Of a stretch of 64,000 nucleotides of DNA, positions 1 through 14,700 are shown piece after piece. Location of the stretch: assembly GCA_027923505.1 (NCBI GenBank), contig BROI01000006.1, positions 992,001-1,056,000 on the forward strand. Reading direction: 5' to 3'. Source of the stretch: Mayamaea pseudoterrestris. Lineage: Eukaryota. The notes under the pieces were generated by a model. The model made no database searches. It was given only the letters and a program-made list of their open reading frames with translations, and was not told where the DNA came from. Position numbers and translations under genes: made by a program. Within the stretch, counting starts at the first letter, position 1. Every line of letters begins with the position of its first letter.

Positions 1-383
1 TGCTGTTGACTGCCTTCTCCTTCATCGTCATGCGTGACGAGTCGAGGAATGGCTTCATGCGTCAAGTCCAGTCCTTGTCGAAGCGGACCATACTCTAGCG
101 TAAACTCGCGGCGGCGTTGTTCGAGCGACGAAAGTAAACTTGCACTTGGCGGTCGGTAGCGTAAACCCAGCGCCAGCTTTCGCACTGGGATTGTAGAATT
201 GGCCAATCCATGCAAAAGTGCAGTTCGTTGGAGAACGTAGCATTCCAAAACGCTCGAAGCATCCAAGCCTTGGGTGAGTGATGGGATGAGCGAGGCTGTC
301 AAAATTCGAGGAACTGTTGCAGGGTCGTTGCTGCTGCTGCTACTAGTGCTAGTTGCGGAGTTATCGCCTGCTGCAACGCTCAT
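1..383 (-). CDS. 5' part of a second copy of the uncharacterised single-TM protein (runs off the window start)
   Basis: Near-identical to 24750-25123, with ATG at 383 and a few substitutions and small indels. Confidence 0.6.
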   Translation of the reverse strand, partial: MSVAAGDNSATSTSSSSSNDPATVPRILTASLIPSLTQGLDASSVLECYVLQRTALLHGLANSTIPVRKLALGLRYRPPSASLLSSLEQRRREFTLEYGPLRQGLDLTHEAIPRLVTHDDEGEGSQQ

Positions 384-872
384 TTCCTCTTTTAAAAGAA
401 ATTCTTTCTATCTCTATGCTCTCTGCCATGTACAGTAACTGCCTGATAGGTGTAACAGGTGGATGAAAATGGCTACCGGTGGCTCATGGTCGCCATTCTC
501 TCGGCCGTTTTTGGCTGTCGCATCGGTTTGCGATCCAAGACTCGAGCAAGCGCAAAGCGATGGCAACATTGGCAACAAGTTGGGTAGCTATCACGACTCA
601 CCTGCGATACAGGTAGCTCTTCAAAGTCGAGCGATTCTAGCCTGATAGAAGCAGGTGGATACATCATAGAATTAGTGTATAAGTCCCTGTATGCTTGCGG
701 GTCCGACCGACTTTTCTACGTACCTCCAGCTTGCGCTTGAAGCGGCATTTCGGTTTAGGCGTTGTGAAGGAAAACAACTGGCCGTACAATCCATGTGTTG
801 GCTCAACTAAACAAATTATAGGAAGCAGATTGTTTCATATCAATATAAAGTTAATTATCCCGCTCCCGTCAT

Positions 873-3800
873 TTACGATGCATCCTCCGTCCCCAAGGAT
901 ACTCGTCGGTTTTCACGCTTCAAATAGGCCAGCTCCAATAAATGGCCCTTTGGTGGAGTAGCTGCGGCGTCGTGGGATCCGGCGTTAAGCAGCTCCATCT
1001 CATGGCCGGGTATCATTGCCTTAGAGTCGTCGGTACACTCCTCGACAGCCGGCTCGGGCAAAATGGCCGCACTTGTCGAAGAATGTTTGTTCGCTCGGCG
1101 CTCTCTTGCCATCTCACCAATACTTTTGCGCTCAATTCTTACAGGAGTTGTCGGTAACGAAATCGGCTGCTGCAAACATTTATTCTCCACGTGACTGGCA
1201 TTGATGTTTCCTACCTCCTCGACTGCAGCGTCGACCGTCGGGAGTTTCTCTGCCGAACTCAGTGTTGGCACCACCAAATTGGCTATTTCAAGGTCATGAA
1301 CAGATCCAGAAAGACGACGCGCCGACACAAGCGGCAGCAATGCGCTCTTATGTGGTCGATTAGCGGCTTTCTCCATAGACATTCGGGCCCTTCTGGCTTC
1401 GCTGAGTAGCATAGGGCTACCCACCGGCTTGACTCCAGCGTCTGGAGCGGATGGTATTGTCGTAAGTGATGGTTCGTCCGTCGTGAAACAGTCGGGAGGC
1501 TCGACAAGATCCTCCTTTTCTTTTACTAAATTGTTGCAAGCAGTCTCTATCACATGTATCAGAGATGATTGACCTTCTGGCGAAAGTAAAGCCTCCTTTT
1601 TGAATGTGCATTCAACTCCGGGCATCGTTTCTGCATTTGCCGCATTGATAGGGACTGATTCGGTTGGCATGCTCTGACATTCAGCTTCATGAGCTTTTGC
1701 TGAATTGTGTGTCTCCGAAGAGGAATTGAAATGTGGTAGCTTGTCGGTGTGCTTGACAACTGTTGCTTTCATTGGAGAGTGAGATGCAATCGGCTTTGTT
1801 GGTGACCGAAGAATTAGATTTTCAAAAAGTGCTCGAGCATGTTGGACACCGGAGCTCGGAACATTTTCCGGGTCATAGCTTTGTGGAGGCTCTGGCGTTT
1901 CCAACACTACGTGCGTCCTGCTATCCTCATTACAAGCGTTCTTGTCCATGGTAGCCAACGTACTGACTTTGTTGTCGCTCGCCAAAGTACCAACACTCCC
2001 AACACTGTTGCTCGCTGACGACGAGATAAGTTTCTCGCGCTCGTAGATGGCTTTCATGTGACTGCTCGGGTCCGGAATCAGTCGACCCTTCTTTAATTCT
2101 TTAATAGTTCGTTCACTAGCATTTTTTAATATTATTGACAAGGACTATTAGAGAAGCGCCTTCCTTTGGGTTCTTTGCGCTTAATGAGCCGCGGACTTGA
2201 ACTTGACAGACTCGATGTTTCATTTGCTCGTCTCTTTCTGACTCTATAGCTTCTCGTTCATCGTACTTCGCCAATGCCCGACTCAAGATAGTGGTGAACG
2301 ACGCGAGAATACCCAAAAGCGTAGTCGTCGGACCAGTCTGGAAACCTTCTCCACAATATCGGGAGAGTGCTTTACAATTATCAAGTGCTTGTTTTTTCAC
2401 AGCGTCGAGCTCACGAAAAGCAACGTTACCAGCTGAAAACTGTTCCACGAATGCACGATTGAATTTGAGCCCGAGTCAGTCTGCGTCAATAATTTGATTC
2501 TCTTCACTAGAATGCTTTGATTCTTTGACTTTATACTCAAGAAAACTGTTCGCGTTGACAAACCCATCGGATTTCTTCGCTTCGTGTCACTTCAGGTGCT
2601 GCTTCAGACTCTCTGGCAATCAGTCGCAACCATAGCGCGATGCTTCCATGTCATTACGCAGTTGATTTGGTCCGCTTTGGCTTGTTCCTTTTAAAGCATC
2701 TAGTTCGACTTGACACAGCTGTAATGAATCCTTCAAATTTTGCGTCTCTGCAATCAGATTCCAATTGCCATGCGGCTAGCAGTGTGACACCAGGAAATCG
2801 CTTGTCGATCCAATTTGTCGTTGTCCATTGACAAAAACCACCAAAAATCAAGACTGTTTTTTATTATCCTTGCTCTTTGTCTCGGTGAGTTTTAAAAGAC
2901 TGTCCAGCGTTGGTGCCCTCGTTCAAATTTCCGATGCGAAGGACCATACCCAGTACCTCTGAGTTTCGCTGCCCATTACTCTTGCTCTGCAAACAGTGGA
3001 CAAGAGATTAAAGTTTCCAGTACGTTTTTTTGACTCTTGCTCAAACGACTCCAGTCTGTAGCACCTGACCTTTGTTCATTGCTCAATGCTTTGAATATGA
3101 CGAACCATTGTTCAGCAGGTGTGAGAGCTATCTGGTCCATCATAAGTCGCACAAGTGAACGCGATTGTCGGCAAGAGTCCTCTCAGAAACTGAACCTTTA
3201 TCGCTGAATGCGTCTCAATGATGAGATTAGCCAGTATCAGCGAGTTCGATGGGATATTTAAAAGCCTTGAGGCTTATAGCAATGTTGTTCGAACGGGTCA
3301 GGATCCAGCAAATCTTGCTTTCCCTTTTCCTCTGTACCCAGATGGCTTGTTAGAAACGACCGCAGCTCCTTTGAAATAAATCAATTAATTTGCTAATGCT
3401 CGTGCTTCAGGTAACGATTCTTCTTCGTCCGCGGTTGGCGTTAGCAGCTTTCACACGCTTTGATCGAGTTTTCCGACACAGAACATTCCATGCAAAGAGA
3501 CAAGTACTAGATTGGCTTGTTGGGTGTCCTTCGAAGAAACTTTAGAATTGATTGATGATTGGTTGTTATGCGCCCCTATGCGACATAACCTCCCTTGCTG
3601 GCTCTTTCGTGCCTCATATTTTTTGGTACACCTCATCCTTTGGAATTTGAATTTCAACAATACCTTCGATAATTTGAAAGTCAAAAAGACTCGTCCTCAT
3701 CTGAAAGGACTGACTTCGACAAGGACTTTCGCGCCGTTTGCACCGCACATGGGTCAGAGTAGCGTGATCGTCGGTTGTCCGATTTCTTGGCTTCTGCAAG

Positions 3801-6145
3801 TTTTCGATCTCAACTTGTCGTGATTCTTTGTCATGCAGTGCTCAACCACCGATCGTACTTGATGCCCATTTTGTAACATTTTTCGATACTTTGTCACTAG
3901 CGCTTCTTCTTTGTCGGTCGTTGTGGCTTCTGCCTTCGATGTCGTGGGTACCGCATCAACCTTGCCGGGTCGCCTTTGTGGACACAGTGGCTGCTTTAGC
4001 ACCAAGCTTTGCTTCTAAACAGACTTTTTCAAATTCCCTGATAAAAGCGCTTTAGCAGCTGATCCGACAGAGCGAAATGGCTGGAATGGGGTGAGGATGG
4101 GTCGGGGTATCAGATGGTGGTTGATCGATTGAACGAATGCACTGGCAACTGTGTCACTTTCGTTGAGTGTTTGTCGTGTGCACTGATCCAGTCAGAACAG
4201 CAGATGGATCGTTCGCTCGCACCAATATCGAGCTTTGATACTTATTCGTGTCGTTGATGTCCTCTGGCGCAAGATATGTTTCAAGAAAAGTCCTGTCGTT
4301 CAGTGATTCGACATGTTGATCGTGAAGTGACGTTCGATCTGAAAGTATCAATATTCGTTCATTGTGAGCAACTCGTTGCATTTCATGCTATGGTACGTTC
4401 GCAAATTCCTTAAGCAATCGTCCGAGCTAGTGAACGTCAACCATTTGTGCGCGCTGACGCAGAGTTACGTCAACGTCAAGAGGACATGTCGAGCGAAAAT
4501 GTCTTGACATCGGAACGAGAAAGCTTCCAAAGCACTCGCGTCGTAGGATTATTGGGCTCAGATTGAGCAACCATTAGCAACTGACTACCGACAGTCACAT
4601 GAGCAACACAATTGTTCTTGAGTCCAGGCGTGTCCTTCAGCTTGAAAACTTTAGCATTTGCAACCTTGTTTTCCAATGAACAATCGTTCGGATCCTGTTT
4701 AGATAAGATGTCTTTGGCATCTTCGTCAACGAAACTTCGCGCTTGCTCTACGCGATCGTTATCATTTGGACAGATAGGCGAAGAAGTTTCACTTGAAAGC
4801 GAGGCGGCTGGTTGAAATTCATGCGAAGAAGAGCTCTTTTCGAAGTGACTCGTGTCCGATGACGATTCGAAATTCATTCGCATTGCCATACTGTGGGCGT
4901 TGCTCGAGCTTCCAGCCGAGGATGCAAAAATCGTAGTCAGCGCCGTTGAACTTGGCGTCGTCCCAGATGGTTGCTCCAGCGAGGTCGGACTGTCCTCAGA
5001 ATCGACATAACGCATTGTTGCATCGTCGCTTTCTTCGTATTGCTGGACGTGACGAAGCTTCAATGAGGCCCATTCCGGCGGCGGCAGTTCGTCGCTCGTA
5101 TCAGAGAGGCGCTGGGGTCTTGTTCGACGAATGAGACGGATTTGATGTTCTTATGATCCATTCGATGCCAAAACATCTGTTTTAACGCGTTCATTGGGTA
5201 TTTGGAATTGAATTGACCCAATGTAACTTCCCCAGTCCAGGATTAGAATCATCCTCGCCAAAGGCAGCGGGCCCGCAGGAGATGAGATTCGCGCTGGATG
5301 ATCGTCAGTCTTCCCTCTTCAAATCGGGGATCGGTGCTGCAGGTTAGCGTCGCAGTCAGATCAAGCTTTCGATGGCCATATAGCTTGTGTTCGCTCTCAT
5401 CATCGCCAGAAACTGATCTCATCGTAACGATTGCATCCATTGCTCCATCTGTCCTCGATTGCGATAGGTTGTTGTTCCAATGATCGTTCGTAAACGTTCG
5501 AGTGTACACAGCTGGCTCGTGTGAATTGCTGTGTTCCGAGTGAGCAGTTGGCCGTCCTTGAAATAGTCCGCATCGTCAGCAACTGTCAACGTCTTCGTCT
5601 GTTCGAGCTGCATGAAGTCCGTCGTCAATCTCATTTCGTCATTCTCCTCATATAATGCGACGCTCCCACCCAACGATGCTGTACGACGACCCCGATTGCA
5701 GATTGATCGCAACTCTCTTCAAGCGATGATGACGTCGCAAGTGAAGGCAATTGTGCGCACTTCCTTTTCCAAGGTTTTTGTCATTTACGACTTGTGTCGC
5801 ATGAAGGCATTCGACTGGCGCATGCTCCTTGAGATGCAGATTCATGGCGTTGAGTGCCGACTTTGTCTTGGAATCGAACTTGAACACTTTAGAAGGGCGA
5901 ACGACAGTTGGCGTCGGCGGCGTCTCTCCAGACAATACAGCTTTAAAACTTGACCATAGCTAGTCGATCAATATTTGAGTGATTTAAATGTGAGAGTTTG
6001 CAAATTCAAAGTTGTCATGCACATGAATGCATGCAGTTGAAACGTACCTGCGAGTGCTGCCCCGACACTTCGGCTTGCAGGATTTCAATAAACTCAGAGT
6101 AGCCATCCACTTCTTCCTCTGATGATCCGAGTACCGTCACTGAAT
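873..6145 (-). pseudogene. Frameshifted, 5'-truncated formin copy (true pseudogene or unpolished haplotype)
   Basis: Homologous to 25611-31110. Many 1-3 bp deletions between about 2140-4450 and 5100-5800 break the frame, and most of exon 1 is replaced by satellite. Confidence 0.75.
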
Positions 6146-9100
6146 GATGGGCCAATGCTTTGTGTCGTGCATCCATTTCTCTCCCACGTGTGCCATGGTG
6201 GGACTCAGCTTGCAGATCCAACAACTTGTTGAATCGGCTAGAAGTGCACCTCAAGTGGCACTTCAGACTGCCAGAACCACTTGTCAACACTGGAATACAA
6301 AGAACATTGTGTTTCAATTTGATTAGGACTCAAAAGCTGGTCATCTTGGGTGTGGAACCTATCCCTTTATCATGAGACTCCACACATTCAACCATTGGTT
6401 GAATGTGCCAGCAGTGCACCCTTTTTGGCTACAGGGACCATCAGCGCTGCCTTCTGAGCCCTGAAATCCTTTTCATTTTATGTTTGTTGTCTTGATAGGC
6501 CAATGCTTTGTTCAGTAGCATCCATTTCAGTCTCCACCACCATGTGTGCCATGGTGGGACGCAGCTTGCAGATCCAACAACTTGTTGAATCTGCTAGCAG
6601 TGCACCTCAAGTGGCACTTCAGACTGCCAGAACCACTTGTCAACACTGGAATACAACGAACATTGTGTATCAAATTGATTAGGACTCAAAGGCTCGTCAC
6701 CTTGGGTGTGGTACCCATCCCTTTGCCATGAGCTTCCGCACATTCAACCAATGGTTGAATGTGCCAGCAGTGCACCCGTTTTGGCTACAGGGATCATCAG
6801 CGCTGCCTTCCAAGCCCTGAAATTCTTTTCATTTAATGATTGGTGTCTTGATGGGCCAATGCTTCGTTCAGTAGCATCCATTTCAGTCTCCACCACCATG
6901 TCTGCCATGGTGGTACTCAGTTTGCACATCCAACAACTTGTTGAATCTGCTAGCAGTGCACCTCAAGTGGCACTTCTGACTGCCAGAACCACTTGTCATT
7001 ACTGGAATACAAAGAACATTGTGTTTCAATTCAATTAGGACTCAAAGGCTTGTCACCTTGGGTGTGGAAACCATCCCTTTGCCATGAGCTTCCGCACATT
7101 CAACCATTGGTTGAATGTGCCAGCAGTGCACCCTTTTTGGCTACAGGGATCATCAGCGCTGCCTTCTGAGCCCTGAAATCCTTTTCATTTCATGATTGTT
7201 GTCTTGATGGGCCAATGCTGTGTTCAGTAGCATCCATTTCAGTCTCCACCACCATGTGTGCCATGGTGGGACGCAGCTTGCTGATCCAACAACTTGTTGA
7301 ATCTGCACTCAAGTGACTCAGCCCCGAAGCTGCCAAATCTGGAATACAACGAACATTGTGTTTCAAATTGATTAGGACTCAAGGCTTGTCATCTTGGGTT
7401 TGGAAACCACCATGAGTTCATTCAACCATTGGTTGAATGTGCCAGCAGTGCTCCTTTTTTTGCTACAGGGATCATCAGCGCTGCCTTCTGAGCCCTGAAA
7501 TCCTTTTCATTTTATGTTTGTTGTCTTGATAGGCCAATGCTTTGTTCAGTAGCATCCATTTCAGTCTCCACCACCATGTGTGCCATGGTGGGACGCAGCT
7601 TGCAGATCCAACAACTTGTTGAATCTGCTAGCAGTGCACCTCAAGTGGCCCTTCTGACTGCCAGAATGGCCTGCCAAATCTGGAATACAATGGTCATTGT
7701 GTTTCAATTTGATTAGGACTCAAAGGCTCGTCACCTTGGGTGTGGAACCCATCTCTTTGCCATGAGACTCCGCACATTCAACCATTGGTTGAATGTGCCA
7801 GCAGTGCACCCTTTTTGGCTACAGGGATCATCAGCGCTGCCTTCTGAGCCCTGAAATCCTTTTCATTTTATGTTTGGTGTCATGATTGGCCAACGCTTTG
7901 TTCAGTAGCATCCATTTCAGTCTCCACCACCATGTGTGCCATGATGGGACGCAGCTTGCTGATCCAACAACTTGTTGAATTTGCTAGCAGTACACCTCAA
8001 GTGGCACTTCTGACTGCCAGAACCACTTGTCAACACTGGAATACAAAGAACATTGTGTTTCAAATTGATTAGGACTCAAAGGCTGGCGTTGGAACCTTTG
8101 CCAGACGCATCATCAAGGTGAATGTGCCAGCAGGCCTCATCCAGCGCTGCTTCCGAGCCCTGAAATCCTTTTCATTTATGTTTGTTGTCTTGATAGGCCA
8201 ATGGCTTTGTTCAGTAGCATCCATTTCAGTCTCCACCAATGTGTGCCATGGGGACGTGAGTGCAGATCCAACAACTTGTTGAATCTGCTAGCAGTGCACC
8301 TCAAGTGGCTGCCAGAATGGCCTGAAATCTGAAAATGACAGTTTGTAATAACTCAAAGGCTCATTCCTGTTGGAAACCACTTTGCCAAGACCACATTCAA
8401 CCATTGGTTGAATGTGCCAGCAGTGCACCCTTTTTGGCTACAGGACCATCAGGCGCCGCTTCCTCTGAGCCCTGAAATCCTTTTCATTTTATGTTTGGTG
8501 TCTTGATTGGCCAATGCTTTCTATAGCATCCATTTCAAGTCTCCACCACCATGTGTGCCATGTGGTTGGAGCTTTCTAGATCCAACAACTTGTGAATCTG
8601 CTAGAAGTGCACCTCAAGTATGGCACTTCTGACTGCCAGAATCCACTTGCCACCATTGGAATACAAGAACATTGTGTTTCCATTTGATTAGGACTCAAAG
8701 GCTGGTCACCTTGGGTGTGGAAACCATACCTTTGCCATGAGACTCCACACATTCAACCAATGGTTGAATGTGCCAGTGGGGCACCCTTTTTGGCTACAGG
8801 GATCATCAGCGCTGCCTTCTGAGCCCTGAAATCCTTTTCATTTTATGTTTGTTGTCTTGATAGGCCAATGCTTTGTTCAGTAGCATCCATTTCAGTCTCC
8901 ACCACCATGTGTGTCATGTTGGGATTTGAGCTCGGCTTATCCAACAACTTTGTTGAATCTGCTAGCAGTGCACCTCAAGTGGCACTTCAGACTGCCAGAA
9001 CCCATCGTCACTTACTGGAATACAACGAACATTGTGTTTCAGATTTAATTAGGACTCAGAGGCTCGTCACCTTGGGTGTGGTACCCATCCCTTTGACAAT

Positions 9101-11540
9101 GACTTCCGGACAGGGCATCTGCGCTAGCTCACACCTTCTCACATTCATTTGTTGTTTTCTTGATGGGCCAATGCTTTGTTCAGTAGCATCCATTTCAGTT
9201 TCCACCAATGCCTGGATGGCTCCGCAGCTTCTGGGATCCAACAACTTGCTGAATTGCGGCCAGTGCACCTCAAGTGACACTTCTGACTGCCAGAACCTTG
9301 TCAACACTGGAATACAAAGAACATTGTGTTTTCAATTTTGGAGAGGACTCAAAGGCTGGTCTCTTGGGTGGAACCTATCCTTCTTCCATGAGACATTCAA
9401 CCATTGGTTGAATGTGCCAGCAGTACACCGCACCCTTTTTGGCTACAGGGATCATCAGCGCTGCCTTCGGAGCCCTGAAATCCTTTTCATTTCATGATTG
9501 TTGTGAGGGGCCAATGCTGTGTTCAGTGAACATCCATTAGTCTGTTGCTGTGGGACTCAGCTTGCACATCCAAGGTTGAATCTGTAGCAGTCTCAAGTGG
9601 CACTTGCAGGAATGGCTGCCAACTGGAATAAGAATTGTGTTTCAATTTGATTGGAGACTCAGCTGGTCATCTTGGGTGGAACCTATCCTTCTATCATGGG
9701 ACTCCGCACATTCAACCATTGGTTGAATGTGCCAGCAATACACCAGCACACGGCTACAGGGAGCTCCTCCCTAAAATCCTTTTCTCACCTTTGGTACAGG
9801 AGGATCACAGCGCCCTTTGGCCTGTAATCCTTTCATTTTATGTTTGAGTGTCGCGATGGGCCAATGCTTTGTTCAGAGCATCCATTTCAGATTCCTGTTT
9901 GTATTGTCATGTTGGGACTCAGCTTGCAGATCCAACAGCTTGTTGAATCTGCTTTAGCAGTGCCTGGCGTGGCACTTCAGACTGCCAGAACCACTTGTCA
10001 ACACTGGAATACAACGAACATTGTGTATCAAATTGATTAGGACTCAAAGGCTCGTCACCTTGGGTGTGGTACCCATCCCTTTGCCATGAGCTTCCGCACA
10101 TTCAACCATTGGTTGAATGTGCCAGCAGTGCACCCTTTTAGCTACAGGGATCATCAGCGCTGCCTTCTGAGCCCTGAAATCCTTTTCATTTCGTAGTGGT
10201 GTATGGGCCAATGCTTTGTTCAGTAGCATCCATTTCAGTCTCCACCACCATGTGTGCCATGGTGGGACGCAGCTTGCAGATCCAACAACTTGTTGAATCT
10301 GCTAGCAGTGCACCTCAAGTGGCACTTCAGACTGCCAGAACCACTTGTCAACACTGGAAAACAAAGAACATTGTGTTTCAAATTGATTAGAACTCAAAGG
10401 CTTGTCATCTTGTATGTGGAAACCATCACTTCGCTTCACAGACACATTCACCATTGGTTTGAATGTGTGCCAGCATGCACCGCTTTTTGGTACAGGACCA
10501 TAGTGGTGCCTTCTGAGCCCTGAGATTTCTTTTCATTTCATGGTGTTGTCTTGATGGGCCAGCGCTTTGTTCAGTAGCATCCATTTCAGTCTCCACCACC
10601 ATGTGTGCCATGTGAGCTTGCTGATCCAACAACTTGTTGTTGCTAGCAGTACACCTCAGTGGTTTGGTACAGGAGGATCACAGCGCCCTTTGGCCTGTAA
10701 TCCTTTCATTTTATGTTTGAGTGTCGCGATGGGCCAATGCTTTGTTCAGAGCATCCATTTCAGATTCCTGTTTGTATTGTCATGTTGGGACTCAGCTTGC
10801 AGATCCAACAGCTTGTTGAATCTGCTTTAGCAGTGCCTGGCGTGGCACTTCAGACTGCCAGAACCACTTGTCAACACTGGAATACAACGAACATTGTGTA
10901 TCAAATTGATTAGGACTCAAAGGCTCGTCACCTTGGGTGTGGTACCCATCCCTTTGCCATGAGCTTCCGCACATTCAACCATTGGTTGAATGTGCCAGCA
11001 GTGCACCCTTTTAGCTACAGGGATCATCAGCGCTGCCTTCTGAGCCCTGAAATCCTTTTCATTTCGTAATTGGTGTCCTGATGGGCCAATGCTTTGTTCA
11101 GTAGCATCCATTTCAGTCTCCACCACCATGTGTGCCATGGTGGGACGCAGCTTGCAGATCCAACAACTTGTTGAATCTGCTAGCAGTGCACCTCAAGTGG
11201 CACTTCAGACTGCCAGAACCACTTGTCAACACTGGAAAACAAAGAACATTGTGTTTCAAATTGATTAGAACTCAAAGGCTTGTCATCTTGTATGTGGAAA
11301 CCATCACTTCGCTTCACAGACACATTCACCATTGGTTTGAATGTGTGCCAGCATGCACCGCTTTTTGGTACAGGACCATAGTGGTGCCTTCTGAGCCCTG
11401 AGATTTCTTTTCATTTCATGGTGTTGTCTTGATGGGCCAGCGCTTTGTTCAGTAGCATCCATTTCAGTCTCCACCACCATGTGTGCCATGTGAGCTTGCT
11501 GATCCAACAACTTGTTGTTGCTAGCAGTACACCTCAGTGG
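6144..11540. repeat. Satellite A, subfamily 1 (~356-bp unit, ~15 copies, partly degraded)
   Basis: Recurring CAGTCTCCACCACCATGTGTGCCATGG...CACATTCAACCATTGGTTGAATGTG at ~356-bp spacing. Confidence 0.95.
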
Positions 11541-11784
11541 TTGGGTGAGTCACACTTGTGACCAAATCCTCACATACATGAGTGAAATTGCTGACGATCG
11601 AGGTGTGAACCTCGACCGTAAACCCAGTGATAACGATGAAGAAGCGCACGAGTAGAGTAGCGAGTAACATCCACTATTCTAGCGATTGAGTTTGTTTGTT
11701 TGCTTTACGCTGGACAAAGAGGTTGATTGCTCCTATAGTCCATTGTATCCGCTGGAATAAAGGTTCGTCTGATATTATCGTGTC
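11541..11784 (+). mobile_element. Unique ~240-bp insert between the satellite A subfamilies, possibly the 3' part of an LTR
   Basis: Non-satellite sequence with AATAAA near its end and a ...GTGTCA terminus, with a copia remnant 3.5 kb away. No TSD or second LTR copy is visible. Confidence 0.3.
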
Positions 11785-14700
11785 AACCACCATGTATGCC
11801 ATGGTGCGACTCAGCTTGCAGATCCAACAACTTGTTGGATCTGCTAGCAGTGCACCTCAAGTGGCACAGACTGCCGGAATGGCCTGCCAATACTGGAATA
11901 CAAAACGCATTGTGTTTCCATTTGATTAAGACTCAAAGGCTTGTCACCATGGGTGCGGAACCCATCCCTTTGCCATGAGCTTCCGCACATTCAACCAATG
12001 GTTGAATGTGCCAGCGGTGTACCCTTTCTGGCTACAGGGATCAACAGTGCTGCCTTTTGAGTCCTCAAATCCTTTCCAATTCATGATTGGTGTCATGATG
12101 GGCCAATAATTTGGTCAGTTGCACCCATCCCAGTCTCCACCGCCATGTATGCCATGGTGCGACTCGGCTTGCAGATCCAACAACTTGTTGGATCTGCTAG
12201 CAGTGCACCTCAAGTGGCACTTCAGACTGCCAGAATGGCCTGCCAATACTGGAATACAATGCCCATTGTGTTTCCATTTGATTAGGATTCAAAGGCTTGT
12301 CACCATGGGTGCGGAACCCATCCGTTTGCCATGAGCTTCCACACATTCAACCAATGGTTGAATGTGCCAGCGGTGCACCCTTTTTGGCTACAGGGATCAA
12401 CAGCGCTGCCTTCTGAGCCCTGAAATTCTTTCCAATTCATGATTGGTGTCATGATGGGCCAATAATTTGGTCAGTTGCACCCATCCCAGTCTCCACCACC
12501 ATGTATGCCATGGTGCGACTCCGCTTGCAGATCCATCAACTTGTTGGATCTGCTAGCAGTGCACCTCAAGTGGCACTTCAGACTGCCAGAACGGCCTGCA
12601 AATACTGGAATACAAAGCGAATTGTGTTTCCATTTGATTAGGACTCAAAGGCTTGTCACCATGGGTGTGGAACCCATCCCTTTGCCATGAGCTTCCGCAC
12701 ATTCAACCAATGGTTGAATGTGCCAGCGGTGCACCCTTTTTGGCTACAGGGATCATCAGCGCTGCCTTCTGAGCCCTAAAATCCTTTCCAATTCATGATT
12801 GGTGTCATGGTGAGCCAATAATTTGGTCAGTTGCACCCATCCCAGTCTCCACCACCATGTATGTCATGGTGCGACTCGGCTTGCAGATCCAACAACTTGT
12901 TGGATCTGCTAGCAGTGCACCTCAAGTGGCACTTCAGACTGCCAGAATGGCCTACCAATACTGACATACAATGACCATTGTGTTTTAATTTGATAAGGAC
13001 CCAAAGGCTTGTCACCTTGGATGTGGATCCCATCCCTTTGCCATGAGCTTCCAAACATTCAACCAATGGTTGATTGTGCCAGCAGTGCACCCTTTTTGGC
13101 TACAGGGATCATCAGCGCTGCCTTCTGAGCCCTGAAATCCTTTCCAATTCATGATTGGTGTCATGATGGGCCAATAATTTGGTCAGTTGCACCCATCCCT
13201 GTCTCCACCACCACGTATGCCATGGTGCGACTGAGCTTGCAGATCCAACAACTTGTCAGATCTGCTAGCAGTGCACCTCAAGTGGCACTTCAGACTGCCA
13301 GAACGGCCTGCCAATACTGAAATACAATGACCATTGTGTTTAAATTTGATAAGGACCCAAAGGCTTGTCACCTTGGATGTGGATCCCATCCCTTTGCCAT
13401 GAGCTTCCGCACATTCAACCAATGGTTGAATGTGCCAGCCATGCACCCTTTTTGGCAACAGGGATCATCAGCGCTGCCTTCTGAGCCCTGAAATCCTTTC
13501 CAATTCATGATTGGTGTCATGATGAGCCAATAATTTGGTCAGTTGCACCCATCCCAGTCTCCACCACCATGTATGCCATGGTGCGACTCCGCATGCAGAT
13601 CCATCAACTTGTTGGATCTGCTAGCAGTGCACCTCAAGTGGCACTTCAGACTGCCAGAACAGCCTGCCAATACTGGAATACAAAGGGAAATGTGTTTCCA
13701 TTTGATTAGGACTCAAAGGCTTGTCACCATGGGTGCGGAACCCATCCATTTGCCATGAGCTTCCGCACATTCAACCAATGGTTAAATGTGCCAGCGGTGC
13801 ACCCTTTTTGGCTACAGGAATCAACAGCGCTGCCTTCTGAGCCCTGAAATCCTTTCCAATTCGTGATTGGTGTCATGATGGGCCAATAATTTGGTCAGTT
13901 GCACACATCCCAGTCTCCACCACCACGTATGCCATGGTGCGATTGAGCTTGCAGATCCAACAACTTGTTGGATCTGCTAGCAGTGCACCTCAAGTGGCAC
14001 TTCAGACTGCTGGAATGGCCTGTCAATACTGGAATACAAAACGCATTGTGTTTCCATTTGATTAGGACACAAAGGCTTGTCACCATGGGTGTGGAACCCA
14101 TCCCTTTGCCATGAGCTTCCGCACATTCAACCAATGGTTGAATGTGCCAGTGGTGCACCCATTTTGGCTACAGGGATCATCAGCGCTGCCTTCTGAGCCC
14201 TGAAATCCTTTCCAATTCATGATTGGTGTCATAATTTGGCCAGTTGCACCCATCCCAGTCTCCACCACCATGTATGCCATGGTGCGACTTGGCTTGCAGA
14301 TCCAACAACTTGTTGAATCTGCTAGCAGTGCACCTCAAGTGGCACTTCAGACTGACAAAAGCGAATTGTGTTTACATTTGATTAGGACTCAAAGGCTTGT
14401 CACCATGGGTGCAGAACCCATCCCTTTGCCACGAGCTTCCACACATTCAACCAATGGTTGAATGTGCCAGCGGTGCACCCTTTTTGGCTACAGGGATCAT
14501 CAGCGCTGCCTTCTGAGCCCTGAAATCCTTTCCAATTCATGATTGGTGTCATGATTGGCCAATAATTTGGTCGGTTGCACTCATTTTAGTCTCCATCACC
14601 ATGTATGCCATGGTGCGACTCAGCTTGCAAGTCCAACAACTTGTTGGATCTGCTAGCAGTGCACCTCAAGTGGCACTTCAGACTGCCAGAACAGCCTGCC

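Larger units (their letters stand above)
1..6145. repeat. Diverged, damaged direct copy of 24750-31110 (5' end of the 695-aa gene plus most of the formin gene)
   Basis: Colinear with 24750-31110 throughout. ORF 873-2141 matches the formin C-terminus and ORF 4476-5063 matches an internal part. The copy ends at ...GTCACTGAAT where the 356-bp satellite starts. Confidence 0.95.

Noticed and set aside
9790..11540. Near-exact ~873-bp tandem duplication inside satellite A (9790-10662 vs 10663-11540)
   Set aside because: Both copies share the same error-like lesions and lie in a degraded zone. This is most likely a duplicated read or contig overlap rather than a biological higher-order repeat.
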